Below are positions 41,524 to 57,918 of a stretch of DNA of 64,000 nucleotides, piece after piece; position 1 is the first letter of the stretch; the number at the start of each line of letters is the position of its first letter. The notes below the pieces were generated by a model. The model did no database searches and was not told where the DNA came from. It saw only the letters and a program-made list of their open reading frames with translations. The stretch spans positions 66,898,001-66,962,000 of the forward strand of contig OX597832.1 in the NCBI GenBank assembly GCA_951406725.2, read 5' to 3'. This DNA is from Octopus vulgaris (taxonomy: Eukaryota). The position numbers and the translations under genes were made by a program.

Positions 41524-42616
41524 ATATATATACGTATATATGTACATATGTATGTATGTATTGTATATATAACTTTTCTGGGTGACTGGGGAGGTATTCT
41601 ATCTAATTTGTATAACTTTGTATCTACATGTAATGTATATATGTGAGTATGTTTCAATAAGTGTGTGTGCGTATGCGTGTGTGTGTGTGTGTGTGACTTT
41701 GTGTGTGTGCATGCATTCATATACCGTACTGTAGTTGAATTTAACTACTGCCTCGCAAAGGATTTAATTTATATGTTTTTTTTTTGCGAAGACAGGTTCT
41801 GTGCCAAGCTAAATCATTATTTAGGGTTATAGACTTGTAAGTTGCCAGCAGATCATTAACGAAAACCTAACGTGCCAACCGGGGTACCTGATACAGTCTA
41901 ACAAACACATATAAATTTATATCTAAAAATAATCGAATATGTGAAATATATATAATAGGTCTTGGCGTTTTCAATTTTTATTTTACACATATTAGGCTTT
42001 CGAAAGCCTTCTACCTGTAAAAGTATACTCCCATGTCACCTTTAGATGACATTATAGTATTTGATTTAGACTAATATGTGCCGTTGTTGTTCTATCTGTA
42101 GCGAACCACTAAATTACAATATTAAAACAAGAGCACTCAGACAGCGCTAACCTCCGCCAAAGCAACACCAGCGTCCTCCCAACGATTAGCCAGAGATGTT
42201 TTTTTTTGGCGGTGGGGGGTGGGGTGAGAATATCTGAAATAAACGTGACTGCTCTCACAAAAGTTTTTGAGATGTCTTGTCCATGGACAAAGAAACAGAG
42301 CTGAAAACAATACCGAAGGTGGAGGTAATAATTGGAATTACATTGTAGAGTCATTAATCATGAAGAACATAAAGTTAAACACACATGCACACGCAAACAT
42401 TCCTTATATGTTATATGCATATATATATGTGTAGATGTGAATTAGGTGGTGTCTCGTCATAAAAGTTGATATATGTATCGACACATGTCTATATATACAT
42501 TTCTTCCTCTTCCATCCTCTCTCTTTCTCTTCTCTTCTCTCTGCTTCACCATCACACACCACACAGACACTCTATCTCTCTCTGTCTCTCTCTCTCTCTC
42601 TCGTCCTCTAATAAAC

Positions 42617-42808
42617 CTTTCTGCAATAGGCACAAGACCTGAAATGTGTGGGAGGAAGATGGTCGATTATATCGACCCTAGTACTAAACTGGTACTTATT
42701 TCATTGACCTCCAAATGATGAAAGGCAAAATCGACATTGGCAGAATTTGAACTCAGAGCATAAAGACAGACGAAACACCGCTAAGCATTTCATCCGGCGT
42801 GCTGCCTT
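42617..42808 (-). mobile_element. SINE family B
   Basis: ggcacaagacctgaaat...gtcgattatatcgacc...gatgaaaggcaaaatcgac...gaatttgaactcagag. Confidence 0.85.
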
Positions 42809-45800
42809 ATCCTCTCCCTCTAATAACTTGAATTAAAAATCTGTGTATATTAAATGAGATTTATTTCTCACTGTATGTAGTATTTCTTCGCTGATCCTAC
42901 CAATAACGGAACAGTATGCTATATATTTACACTCACACACACACAACACACTCACACATATACGAGATACATACGGTTAATATATCCAGACTGGTACCAT
43001 TCAAGCATTTGGTCACTATCCAGGTTACCGCTCGCCGCATCGAATCGTATCAAACAGTTAGCATTACTTTTGAGGTAAGCAATTCCACTGTAATTTATGA
43101 GACGGAGAGATCCTTGGATCACTTCTCTGGATTGTATCATTTAACACCGAGTATATCCAATATGGTAAAAATAAATTCGGAAATGATTACGTCTGCATAA
43201 TATTTTTTTATTGTTTCTACGGTCAGATACAGCATGTTTTACTTAAATTTGCCCGAAGGAAGTTTCTGCTGCATTGACTTCTTGGGATTTCATCAGCATC
43301 CAGTTTCTTTCCACTCGTGAGTAGTGCACTTTTGTACAAGGTCCACTCATAGACGTGGACTGAAGCGAACTAAATTTAAGTAGTTTTGCCTACTGTTGTA
43401 CTTTTGACTACAATTTTTGTGTTCAAAGTATGTGAGACGGAGATTTGTTGAAGTGATGTGGCTGTAAAATTTCTACGATGTTCACCCTCTTAAGTTCCCA
43501 CGATAGTAGACCTTTAAATATGTGAAACAATATTTAAAAAAAAAACAAAACGCATTTACCTCAAGTAGAATAGCAATGGATCTAGATATTGCGTACCGTT
43601 ATAGGTCACTAATTTAGATAAAATTAAACTTTGAATATCTAAATAAGGACTTACTTTGTCAGGTCAAACTGAATATTTCTTATTATAAATCAAATTTTAA
43701 TTTACATGTAGTGCTATCGCTCTTTAAGTACGGCAGGAAAGTTTCAAATATATAGTTTAATGTGTGGAGAATAATAATTAGAAATTGATAAAGGCCAAAC
43801 AGATATTACATGGATAGTTACCACATAAACTCAGGCGCCTACCTTTTGACCGTCGACTTCTTAAAGTATTTTCTTTGGAGATATTTAAACGTCCTTCTAT
43901 GAGGTCCTTGTTCTTGTCTCCTATTAAGTAGCTGCGTTTTGGTCACGAAAATATGGAATATATCTTCTATGCATAAATTTCATCTTTTTCGCCGATAACG
44001 CATTATTTCCCATTCTATATTAAAGTAAGATAAACACGCTTAAGCTCGTGTAATTCATTTCCCCCTGCCCCTAAAAGAAGCTAAATGATTTGCCAGTTTC
44101 TCCTTGAAACTTTTCGAGTATGATCCTATATAAAAGTGCGACATTCCAACTGACGTAACCTTTCATCTGTACGCTACATTTTTTCTTTAGATATTGACTG
44201 TTTGTTTCCGCCACAGCTACAAGGATTTCTAATGATGCTAAACCTGCTGTGCCACTGAATCCAAAACTAGATATCTCCACCGATTTCCTGACTACAGATC
44301 AGCAAATTTTAATATTTCGGTTAAAGTCACGATTTGCCATGTTTTTTTAAAACTTTACTTTACCTAGTGTTTACTGGTTCTGGACGAGTTATATAATGGA
44401 ATGTAACGGTTGTCTCCATTCCATTGTCTGCCAACCATTTGGCGTGCGTTATACTTTCGTTGCGTGTTAGTGATTTATTCAAAATCTTTCTCCGTTGACT
44501 GTCTAACTTTTTAACTCTTTGTGCATAGCATTGTCGAAAGTTTTAGTACTATTACTTCTAATAATTAGTTTACTTCTTTCTATTATGTTTTGGAATTCAT
44601 ATATTCACCAACTGTTATGCTAGCAATAATTTGAGCGAAGTTTTTGCTGGCAGAGAAAGCTAATCTAAGGGTGTGTTGTTAAAAAATTCTAAAATTCTAT
44701 TGTACGTTTCTTCATTTCGGAAAATGCCCATCAATAGCGGAGACAAATTTAATGGTAATGTTAGTAGCTATTTACCTACCGAATATTGCATTACACCATA
44801 ATGTTTGCTCTCGATCTGTTTCATCTTTTACGAAGGGAAATAATGTTCTTTTGGGTTGCTTTAATTTTGTGAAATAATTTCGGTCCCTTAATGGGTATAT
44901 CTGCAAAGATTTTCCCTTCTGTATTGGGTCTTTTCTTAAGTTCAATGCTTGTCCTATCGTTTCGTAGGCTACAAGACTTGGTATTGTTGCTAGCTGCATT
45001 TTCCTTATAACTGTTGTCACAATTATTATTACTTATGTTACAAAACTCCATCAATTATGTGATAGCTTTCACCATTATTATTTCGGGCTCTGTGCACTAA
45101 TTTCTAAGCTTCAGTGGGTGGGCCTTGAATAAAAGTGTGTCGATTAATCACTAGTTGAAAGTAACGGGATGAAATTGCAATTGCGTAACTGAGGTGAGTT
45201 ACTTGCGAATGGTAACAGCTTCTCTCTTTGATAAGCTGGTACGATTCACAAGTAATGCTAAAAAATTTTACGATATTGCCTCTTAAATTTATTTAAGAGC
45301 AAATATCGAACTAGCAAACATCGTAAGCGTTTGCCTCAGAGGAAGGCGTGATTAGCCATGGAATTATGCTTTCTATCAGATGCACGATAAGAGCTGGATA
45401 ATCTTTTCGAGCAGCATTCTCGAGAACTGGTTTCATGGTGTGGGTATATTTTTTGTCGAGTAAACGCATATAAATATGCGTGCATGCATGGGCGTGTGTG
45501 CGCGCGCGCCCTTTTTTTCATACGTGCGTGCGCACATGTGTACCTAGTAGTATTAGCGCAACGCAGTGTTTAGGCATAAGCAAACATCAGGTTAGTTAAA
45601 ATACATTTATGATATATTTCTACATCTAGGGGCAAACCCACCGCTTTTACCGTAGATAAAAACAGAAAAACACTCCCATGGTAAAAGATATAAAATACCA
45701 TATCTGCCCAGTTGTGATCTACATCGGATTCTCAGACGCATCATTTTTAGCTTCTTAGTTATTATCCATGGGAAACACCGAAGATAGATAACTTTGGGCA

Positions 45801-46555
45801 TATTTAAAGTCATAGCTTTTGCAGAAACACATTCAGCAATATTTACTAAGTTGCGCTATAAGAAAACCATGTCTTGAGAAGCTCAGATGTAACAACGCCT
45901 TAGGCTTTACATCTATCTAGAGTTACCTTTCTTCGGTTAAAATGTGGAAAAGGCTGTGTTTCGGAATTCGGTAGAGGAGATCACTGGGCAGATATTGTGT
46001 TTTAACATATTTTACCAAAATAGCGAATTTTTCTCCGCGGTAACTGCAGTAAATTTGCGTTTAGAATTTGAAAACTATTTATACATATATACACTGGTGC
46101 AGTTATATACATACACAAATCTATACATGTCTGTGTGTATGTGTGGATGCGTGTGCGTATTTGCATGTGTGCTTGATAACGTATGAAATATTTTAGTGAA
46201 CACGCATTTTCATGCGTATCGACAACGTTGTCCATTCTGTAATTGTCCTCTTTCTACAAATTAGGATTAACAAAGCATTCTTGTGAGCAGAAGTTAGTAA
46301 ACTGAGAGGGATCACAAACATCCCTTATATATCTGCTTATTTTTACATATCTATGACTCTTCACATACATTCTTTATGATGATCTATTCCAAGAGCTCAA
46401 ACGGCGTTCATTCGAGAAATTTTACTGTTAGATATATCTGGAATAATTAAGTATCAAAGTGAAGAAAAGTATGGGGGCCAATCGTATAAAATATACTTTA
46501 AAGAACACCATCGTGACCGCAATATAGAGAGTGAAACAAGTACGAATATAATATG

Positions 46556-46586
<31 letters not shown>

Positions 46587-47975
46587 GATAGGCAGATTGA
46601 CAGATATGTATATATTGATATATGCATAAGTACATATAATAATATGTATATGTATATACATATATATATATATATATATATACATGTATATATACATATA
46701 TGTGTATACATATATATATGTGTGTGTGTGTGTGTGTGCATATGTATAAGCACATACATTTAATTATATATGTACTTATGTGTGTGTGTATATATATATA
46801 TATATTGAGAGAGGAAGAGGAGGCAAAGAGTGAGAAGCATGACTATGTAAATATGTTTGAATACATGTTATTTAAGTATGAAAATATGAAAATTTGAATA
46901 TACATAAATTACATGCAGCAACCTACACAGGAAAATCGATAAAGTAGACTCTATTAAAGCAGACTTTGAATGCACACGCGCACAAGCACACATACATATA
47001 CATACACAGACACATACATGCACACATGCATATGTGTGCGGGGGTGATTGTGCCTTTGTGTGTGTGTATATGTGTGAGTAAATGCGGTGATGTTTGTAAA
47101 CTAAGCATAGTTAAGTGTTATATTCTCTCTTCGTTTACATGGAGTCTTACATAAACAGTTTCCTCCTATAACTAAACAGTCTATTTTCATAAAGATCAAT
47201 ACTTTCTGCGTATCTCTATTATTTATATATGCATCTGCTTTAATGTGTCCATCATATGTTCATTGGTCTGTAGAGATATAATAGTTTGTTATTTTTTTGT
47301 TAATAATAATAAAAAAAAGTGGGGAACGTAATGGAAGACTATGAGAATATCTTGGAAGAAATAGGTAAATATGTTTGAACTAAGTCGGATGTTTAACTGC
47401 TGAGCCGAAACACTTGATACGAGAGATGAAGTAGTATGGGACGCATATCCATGTCAAATAAACACAGCTAACTGAACATAGTTTCGTAATGATTAGATTT
47501 ATTCGTATGTTATTTTTGGTATACGTGTATTTTTCTATATTTTAACCCCTTTCTTTCTCTTTGAGTTTTAAATTCCAAAGGTTATTTGCTATTTGTATTA
47601 CGTTTCATCAGTTGAATAGCAGAATCTTGTCTAATTCATCCGAATATACATTGCACTTTTACTCCAAATCATACTCATACACGGTCAATTATATAAGAGA
47701 TAGAGCTCCATATAGATTATCATCATGCAGTCAGGTTCCAGGATAGTTGTTAATCTAACGTTGTTCTTTGTATTCATATCAGCGAGGATATGCAGAGCAG
47801 ATGTAGGAGGAAATTAGGATAAACACAATAACATTATCAGTTCCCACAAATGCTTCACCAATGAACTTATTTGGAACTCATAATTCAATGCCTCACTGCA
47901 ATAGATCACCAGGTGAACAATTTATTGCAATCCATTACAGTGATCTGATATATGATATAATACGATATCATATAT

Positions 47976-48300
47976 ACGTGGTCTGATCAATAAATATCCG
48001 GCAGCTAAAACACGTAGACTAAAAGCCGCTTCGTACAGTCGACACAATCAAGATCTTGTACAACTGAAATCCGAGTGTTTCCTTGGTGAGCTGAAAGCAG
48101 TTTTGGTACAAACTTGACAGATACGCGTATCATACCTAATTCGTCTTTGCTAAGGGACTGAACTGATCCGTAAATAATCTACAAATCCTCTGATAACTTA
48201 CAGATGATAATTAGGCGATTTCCCCTCACAGTTGTACGCACATCTGCGTTTTTTTCTCAATTCTACTGGTTGCGGGTGTCCCCGAAGATTAATGATTAGT
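47976..48300. mobile_element. Mariner remnant (probable TIR plus minus-strand transposase HTH fragment)
   Basis: The minus strand at 48040-48285 gives TSRIEK...LSEDL*IIYGSVQSLSKDELGMIRVSVKFVPKLLSAHQ. The left end ta-cgtggtctgatcaataaatatccgg is TIR-like. Confidence 0.7.
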
Positions 48301-48425
48301 GTGCATGTACAGCAGAGTTCAAGGTCAATCTGTGCCAAGCGGCTTCCCTCTGCGTACTTTAGCTTCGTAACTATCATGCCTTATATATGTATTGGTCATG
48401 CCTTATATATGTATATATATATGTA

Positions 48426-48481
<56 letters not shown>

Positions 48482-49609
48482 ATATATATATATATAAGTA
48501 TGAGTACATGTACACTTATATGCATGCCTGCGCTTTCAAACAAACACAGTGACAGTCTCAATAGCGCCCACACAATTGGCCGTATTTGAACTACTTATAA
48601 CCCAGACTTTTATATACTCATAATTGTATCATCCTTCCAGTTTTGAGATGGCTTATTATATATGAGTTAAGTAAAGTCTCTATCATATGTCGTGCATGTT
48701 AAGAAACCTCACAGAGGGTTTCTTCTTTTCTCGTAAAATACTATGGAAAAAATATCTAGATATATATACTGATGTCGAATTATCGATTATGCGAGATACA
48801 AACGTATTAATGATAAAGGATACGCAAATATAGAGCAAATGAGAAAGTGAATTGCTTTGGCTGCCTCCAAGAGAGGGCTGCATTTTCCATTACAAAGCTT
48901 GTCATTTACACTATTATTTCCCTTCTTCTAATAAGGCGGTAGATTCGGAGAATCGTTATCGCATCAGACAAAATCACTCACGATATTTATTCGGTCTCTC
49001 CACATTCTTTGTTTTTTCCTCGGTCCATAATCAATGAAATACAGAAACTGCTAATAACTCTCTGAAAGGATGCAAACGATATCCTCAACTGCTTCTCGTA
49101 AATTTGAGCTGTTGTGTCGAAGATATAATTTTTTTCTTGAAAAATTTTTAAGCAGCCAGAAGACATTCTTGCACGCTCTCTGCTTTTCAGGTAGGGTATT
49201 CTACATCCTTTTATTTCTTTTATGATTTGTTAATCGATAAATGAGCAAAAGCCAAATACCGAGTGGAATATAATCGACTATTTCCGCAAGTACCAAAGTG
49301 TATGATCGATATATTATTACTATGAATATGTGTAACGATCCTTCGTGCCTGCAACTTAGCCAGGATATATTGATCACTCATATTGTTGGATAATATTTAA
49401 GTTAACAGGAGTTGCACAATGAAGTGAATCACTGAAAGATAATTTATGGCTACTAAAAGATTGATCACATAACTGAGCTGAAATTGAACTCAGACTCAGA
49501 ATGTAGGGAATATAACAAACAAAAAAGGACGAATACTACTTGACATCATGTTCTCCCGAGTGGAATCTTCAGTTACATATGTTGGACTGAAACTGTTAGG
49601 ATCTCTGTA

Positions 49610-49776
49610 AGATGTTTTCATTTTCTTTGTTTTTACTTTCTCTCATTTCTTTCTGTTGAAGACCGTAGGATCCAAACGTCAAATACGTTTTTCATTTTCC
49701 CGACCTTCAAACTAATAAACTTGCTTGTTGTTCATGCATCTATCTTCGTCTTTTGTTTTTCTATAAGTTTCAACTA
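49610..49776 (+). mobile_element. Degenerate copy of the HHR-bearing pLTR-like repeat
   Basis: ctttctgttgaagaccgtaggatccaaacgtcaaat...aaactaataaac...tcttcgtcttttgttt aligns with 40129-40245. Confidence 0.7.
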
Positions 49777-50171
49777 AAGACATGCACATACACACACACA
49801 CACACACTTTAATGTTTATATAGATCCTTCTTACCAAGAAACTAGCAAGGTAACTTGAAAGGTTTTTCACATCGATATCATGATAATTTCTGGCATAATG
49901 CGGGAAAGTGGCCAAACCGATAAGTGACATTTCTTGAGGCTTTATGTTTTGAATTAAATTTCTTCTGAGGCCGATCTTGCCTTACATCATTTCAGAGTCG
50001 ATAAAATTGTTATAGCGGAGCACTGTGATACCTACAGTACAAAGACTGAATTATTAAATTACGGGGTAATATCAAATGACAGGAATCCCTTTGTGCTATT
50101 TTATGGAAAGTATGGCCGTAAACACATAAAAACATCTCAGTTCAATTGAAATTGAGAACGAAGATAGGAGA

Positions 50172-50383
50172 ATATTGGTTTCAAGTTTTGGCCCAAGGCC
50201 AGCAATTTTGGAGGGAGTTAAGTGGATTATATAAGTACCAGAATTCAACTGGTACTTATTTTATAGACTCGAAAGGATGGAAGGCAAAGTTAGACACGGC
50301 AGAATTTGAAGCCTGGACGTAAAGACATGAGGAAAATCGTTAAGCACTTCTGGCGCGGTAAGGATTCTGTCACCTCGGCGCCA
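50172..50383 (-). mobile_element. SINE family B, degenerate
   Basis: ctggtacttattttatagactcgaaaggatggaaggcaaagt...gaatttgaa. Confidence 0.75.
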
Positions 50384-53344
50384 TAATGGTAAGAGAATAT
50401 TGCAAGGAGTTTATGCTTAGAACGCCATTTCTTTCTTCAAACTACTAAACCGTTAGAATATACACTGTGAGAGGCAGATTCTATAGTGGTCGAATAACCT
50501 GCTGTAAATAAACGCTAAATCTCTTTCAAATCACTGCCTTAACAAGGGCACACTTTGGTTTATGCCCGCCTATGCAATGTTATAAAAGATGAAGATTGGG
50601 AATTCCTGGCAAATAGACAGCCTCTACAACGTTATGCTACCTGCTAGAAACAGTAACAAAGTTTCAGTTATACCATTTTGTCTTGAATTAGGTTCAAAAC
50701 TCTGATCCTACATGGAAATTTTGATTGATATTACATATTTTAATGCACCAAAAACAATTGTTCCTGAATAAGTGCTGCTGGAATTGGTGTACATCTAATG
50801 TAACCGTTCACCTTCGTGCAATCAAATATGATGTATTCAATAAACGAAGGAAACATTGTCTACTTTAGTGTTAGAAAGATTTATTGTCTAAGACAAATAA
50901 ATACAACATGGTAACGAGTGGGACGTTATTGAACTTATTAGCTGCTTTATCTGGACAGATGTCAGAGAAAACAACACCAATAACAACAATAAGAACTCAG
51001 TTAAGTAACCTACATTCCGTTGCTCGATCTGCTACAAACTAAAGGCATATATGTTTCCATAGAAAAATATACCGTTAAAAAGAAACAAAAAATAAAGGAA
51101 AGTATATTGAAGAAGCTTCACTTTGAGATACAAACAGTTGTGATGATGGAGGAAGATAATTTATTTTGACGATAAGTTTAGTTAACCAGGGACGTTCTAA
51201 TGCTAAATATGCTAAAGAGCATCATTAACCAGGAATCATTAGAGCCAATGACAGACCATGTATCTGCGCTTTGCATTTGCTAGAAACAGACGCTAACCCC
51301 TGCCTTCATTTACATTCCACCATCTTACAAAAAATGTGGTTCTGAGAATAAAATATAGGCATGATTAATGCTGCAATGCCATTGAATGCCTTTGGTCCGT
51401 TCTTCTCGATGAGAGCTCGCCTAGAGATACACAAAAATCAGCATCAAGTACCAGTAATATGATGTGAATTAATGATTGCATAAATTCTGAGAAATGTTAA
51501 GTTTATAGTTTGTTCTATTTTCAGTTTCTCTGACGGCTTTACTACTAATTGAAAACATGAATAATATTTTAACAGAAATCTTGTGAAATGTTATAATACA
51601 TTGACACTTCAATTATATTAATTTAGTTGTATTTTCCCTTTTATTATCCTTTCTGTCCATCTGCATATTATATTGTTTCCAGTTTCCTTTCGTAAATACG
51701 TGAATTATTATGTTCTTGAACATTGTTATTAAAGAGACAAAATTAAAATCGTCAGTTGAAATCCGTAAGAACAACAACTTGCTGTACTCAAAGCTTAATT
51801 AGTTTATCTTTCGACGTATCGTAACCGTTTGAGTGTCTGTCGGTGAATATCGGTGCCTTGTAGCAGCTGCTGATAAAATTCAGGACGCCTTCAAATGTCA
51901 GAGACGAGACAGGAGTGAATAGTAACAAAACTACTTGAACAATATAGAAAATTAAAGAGGTAAAAATGGCATCTGAAACGTTTGAACATTTCGCAAAAAC
52001 CAAAAATAAGACATTTCGTTGAGAAATACACAAGTACATTAAATATATATTATTGTAGGAAATGTTAAACTAGAAGAAAGCAGCAGCTATTGATATTCTC
52101 ATAAACATATTCCAGTTTGTATTTCATGGTGCTTGTTCCCATTAAATGATTTAACTAAGCACTGGCTGAAAAATGAACATTAGTAAATAGTCAGTTTTTC
52201 ATTGGAGTATTTATGACCAACTTATAAATTACATTTATTTTCTTTTGTATTACTTATAACGACCACCGTTAGGAATTCGGATTTCTTAGTAACGTGTAAT
52301 ACTCATATACTCTTTCAGGTGTTCAGGCTGAGTAAGACACACATGAATGCCCTCTCAGCTCCTCCGTATGAAATAAACTACAACATCCAAGATACGACTG
52401 CTGGAATATTACACTAACAATCAACAGATCCATTTTCATCAACATTGTAAGTCTGAATAATAAACATGACTCATTCGAGATTAGAACTTTACGCACGTTC
52501 AAACTACTCAACTAACTGAATGGAGTAAGGTATTAAACTATATATATACACACGCAATACACACACGATTGTAATTATGATACATACACTAGATTCTCTA
52601 ATGCAACATTTTATAATAGAAGGCAATAGTTGTAAAGTTAGACAGTAATATCCTGGCGTAATAACTGAAGAGAAACAGAAAATCAAACCTAAGTTGATAA
52701 TATGATTCTATCATTGAAGAAATATAAGATTACTGTCAGAGAATAATTTATTTTAGGGATCTAATAAAGAAGTAGATTATTCACAATTCACTGAGTTCAT
52801 ACATAACGCCTGGCTAGTGAATATTTTCGACAGAAACGATAGAGAAAGATAGAGATTTCATGTTATTATTTAGTTATATTTCTTTCTGATACAAGTTAAA
52901 TTATTGCAGATGTTGGAATTATCTTAAATTATAGCGGGGTCTCCATTATTGGTTTGCAAAGTTGGGAACTTGACAAATATTTCTTAAGCACATTCTCAAA
53001 AATGCGAAAATTTATGAAATTCTTACGAGATTTTATTAATGTATAAAAAAGAATTTTCTTCTTCACGAACTAAAAGGTACATTAGTGATTCTATATCCAT
53101 TCAAATAGGCCGGGGCTGATTAAATACAACAGCAACATCAATAAGAAAGGCAGCTACAGAATCCATCTACCATCATTGTATGATAAGTATTGTGGGCAAT
53201 GTAAACAGAAATATGTGAGAACGATAGTGGAACAATGAAATATATTAAGTATTGTCTCATAAAACAATAATGACGAGCTATATTAAAAATCGTTCAAAAG
53301 TTAATAAAGGAATTCCTAAGATGAATGTAATATTAAGGACCATT

Positions 53345-53496
53345 CTACATTATTTAAAATATTTACATTTGACGTATATTTGTCCTCATTTTATTTGTGG
53401 TTAACTCAACGTTTCGGCTGATATACCCTCCAGCCTTCATCAGGTGTCTTGGGGAAATTTCGAAGCTGGGTTATCATTCCTAAGGTATTTTTCGAT

Positions 53497-53500
<4 letters not shown>
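53345..53500 (-). mobile_element. 3' module of the putative tRNA-(TAA)n-hammerhead element
   Basis: Directly follows the (TAA)n tract on the minus strand and contains the HHR at 53404-53447. Confidence 0.65.
53404..53447 (-). ncRNA. Minimal type I hammerhead ribozyme motif
   Basis: acac-CTGATGA-A-ggctg gagggtatat cagcc-GAAA-cg-TT-gagt: canonical CUGAUGA/GAAA/UH core, 5-bp stem II, palindromic stem III (aacgtt) and one stem I mismatch. Confidence 0.85.
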
Positions 53501-56070
<2,570 letters not shown>

Positions 56071-56181
56071 TACTGCCTGGAATCGAACTCTGAATCTTGG
56101 GGTTCGTAGCCCATCCTATTAACCATCTTTTCTCATTTTTTGTATTTTGTTTTGGATGTTATTTATTATTATTATTATTAA

Positions 56182-56233
<52 letters not shown>

Positions 56234-56308
56234 TACTGCCTGGAATCGAACTCGGAATCTTGGGGTTCGTAGCCCACGCTCTTAACCACTACGCCATATG
56301 CCCGTGGG
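56234..56308 (-). mobile_element. tRNA-derived (Arg-ACG-like) Pol III SINE head
   Basis: gggcatatggcgtagtggttaagagcgtgggctACGaaccccaagattccgagttcgattccaggcagt: A box TGGCGTAGTGG, B box GAGTTCGATTCC. The acceptor stem does not pair, so this is not a tRNA gene. Confidence 0.85.
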
Positions 56309-56643
56309 CAATTCTATTGGGGAAAACAATAAAACGAATGTAGCTTCTAAGTTTTCAAGGGAAGCAATTTCTTATAAAACATGAGTATATTGATTAAACA
56401 CTGTGTGCGTGCGCGTGCGCTTGAGTATGTGTGCGTGCGTGTGAGGGGGTGTACGTGAGTATACTAATAGCTTGACTTCCTTATATATGAGGAGGTATTC
56501 TACCTTATACGCACCGAAACTTTCAAATGAAACTGATTTAATACAGTTATTAAAAAATATATTTAACATCTTCCAAATATGTTAAGTGCCATCTTTTTCC
56601 GTTTCTCCACTGTTCACATCACCCGTGTATATATATATGTGTT

Positions 56644-56717
<74 letters not shown>

Positions 56718-56748
56718 CATACATACATACAGATATATAGATATATAG

Positions 56749-56779
<31 letters not shown>

Positions 56780-56836
56780 TACATACATACATACATATAT
56801 ATACATATACATAATACTTACATACAGATATATATG

Positions 56837-57041
56837 TTCGTCTGTCCCCACCATCGCTTTACAACCGATGTTAGCGTGTTTACGTCCCCGTGACATAGCG
56901 GATCATCAAACGAGAATAATGAAATAAGTACTAGGCTTACAAAGAATAAGTCCTGAGGTTGATTCCTTCGACTAAAAGTGGGGCTCCAGTATAGCCGCAG
57001 TCAATTGACTAAAAAAAGAAAACAATAAAAGAATAAAAGAA
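56837..57041 (+). mobile_element. SINE family A 3' half
   Basis: acaaccgatgttagcgtgtttacgtccccg...aagtactaggcttacaaagaataagtcc...aataaaagaataaaaga. Confidence 0.85.
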
Positions 57042-57683
57042 TATATCGTTGCTATTATGCAAAAGTGTCGTAAGTACAAAACGTGGTTTTTACAGAAAAC
57101 GAAAAGGATAATTTCACCATTACATTTCTTTTTACATTCACAATAGTTTTGGTTTAACAATAATAATACTTTGTTGAGTGAATAAAATCGGAACTCCATG
57201 CATATATGATATTTTCAGTCAGAAATATGTGTCCAATATGTACGGGCATAACACACTCTTGAAAAATGCTAAACTGTTGTACTACACTTTGACTACACTT
57301 GACAAGCAGTTGGAGATACGATAATCTGACCAAAAGAAACGGCTACGACAGTTTAAAATAATAGCAACGATATATGAAACATACTTCAGCAACTGAAACC
57401 ACTAATACTAATTAACATTACCAAACTATTGGTGACTTCCGTAAACCGATCTTCCCCTCATTTCTTCATATGTCAGAAACGAGAGTTTTTTGTGTGTCTG
57501 ATATGGCAAGGGCGCAAGATGGGAAGTCTGGTAGCTTTTAATACTTTACGAAAGAAATTGAAAGTGTATATTCTACATGAGAAATCATGTGATAGAAAAA
57601 CACATGCAAGAAATGTAACTGTAGAAACATTCCTTCCTCAGTTACCCCTTGCAGCGTTAGTGCAGCAGAAAAATCGTAATACC

Positions 57684-57918
57684 TATTGCTTGATTACCCA
57701 CAAGGGGCTAAACACAGAGGGGACAAACAAGGAAAGACATAGGTATTAAGTCGATTACATCGACTCCAGTGCTCAGCTGGTACTTAATTTATCGACCCCG
57801 AAAGGATGAAAGGCAAAGTCGACCTCGGCGGAATTTGAACTCACAACGTAACGCAGACGAAATACCGCTAAGCATTTCGCCCGGCGTGCTAACGTTTCTG
57901 CCAGCTCGCCGCCTTTAT
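57684..57918 (-). mobile_element. SINE family B, full length, 12-bp TSD
   Basis: Intact head, core and tail; aatcgtaatacc lies at 57672-57683 and 57919-57930. Confidence 0.93.

Noticed and set aside
43840-44800. Possible decayed Tc1-like transposase on the minus strand (W..V..TE..KF-like and VSW-like remnants)
   Set aside because: Too degenerate to support by eye, and no TIR pair was found.
56234-56303. Possible tRNA-Arg(ACG) gene
   Set aside because: The acceptor and T stems do not pair and the sequence runs into (TAA)n, so it is treated as a SINE head.
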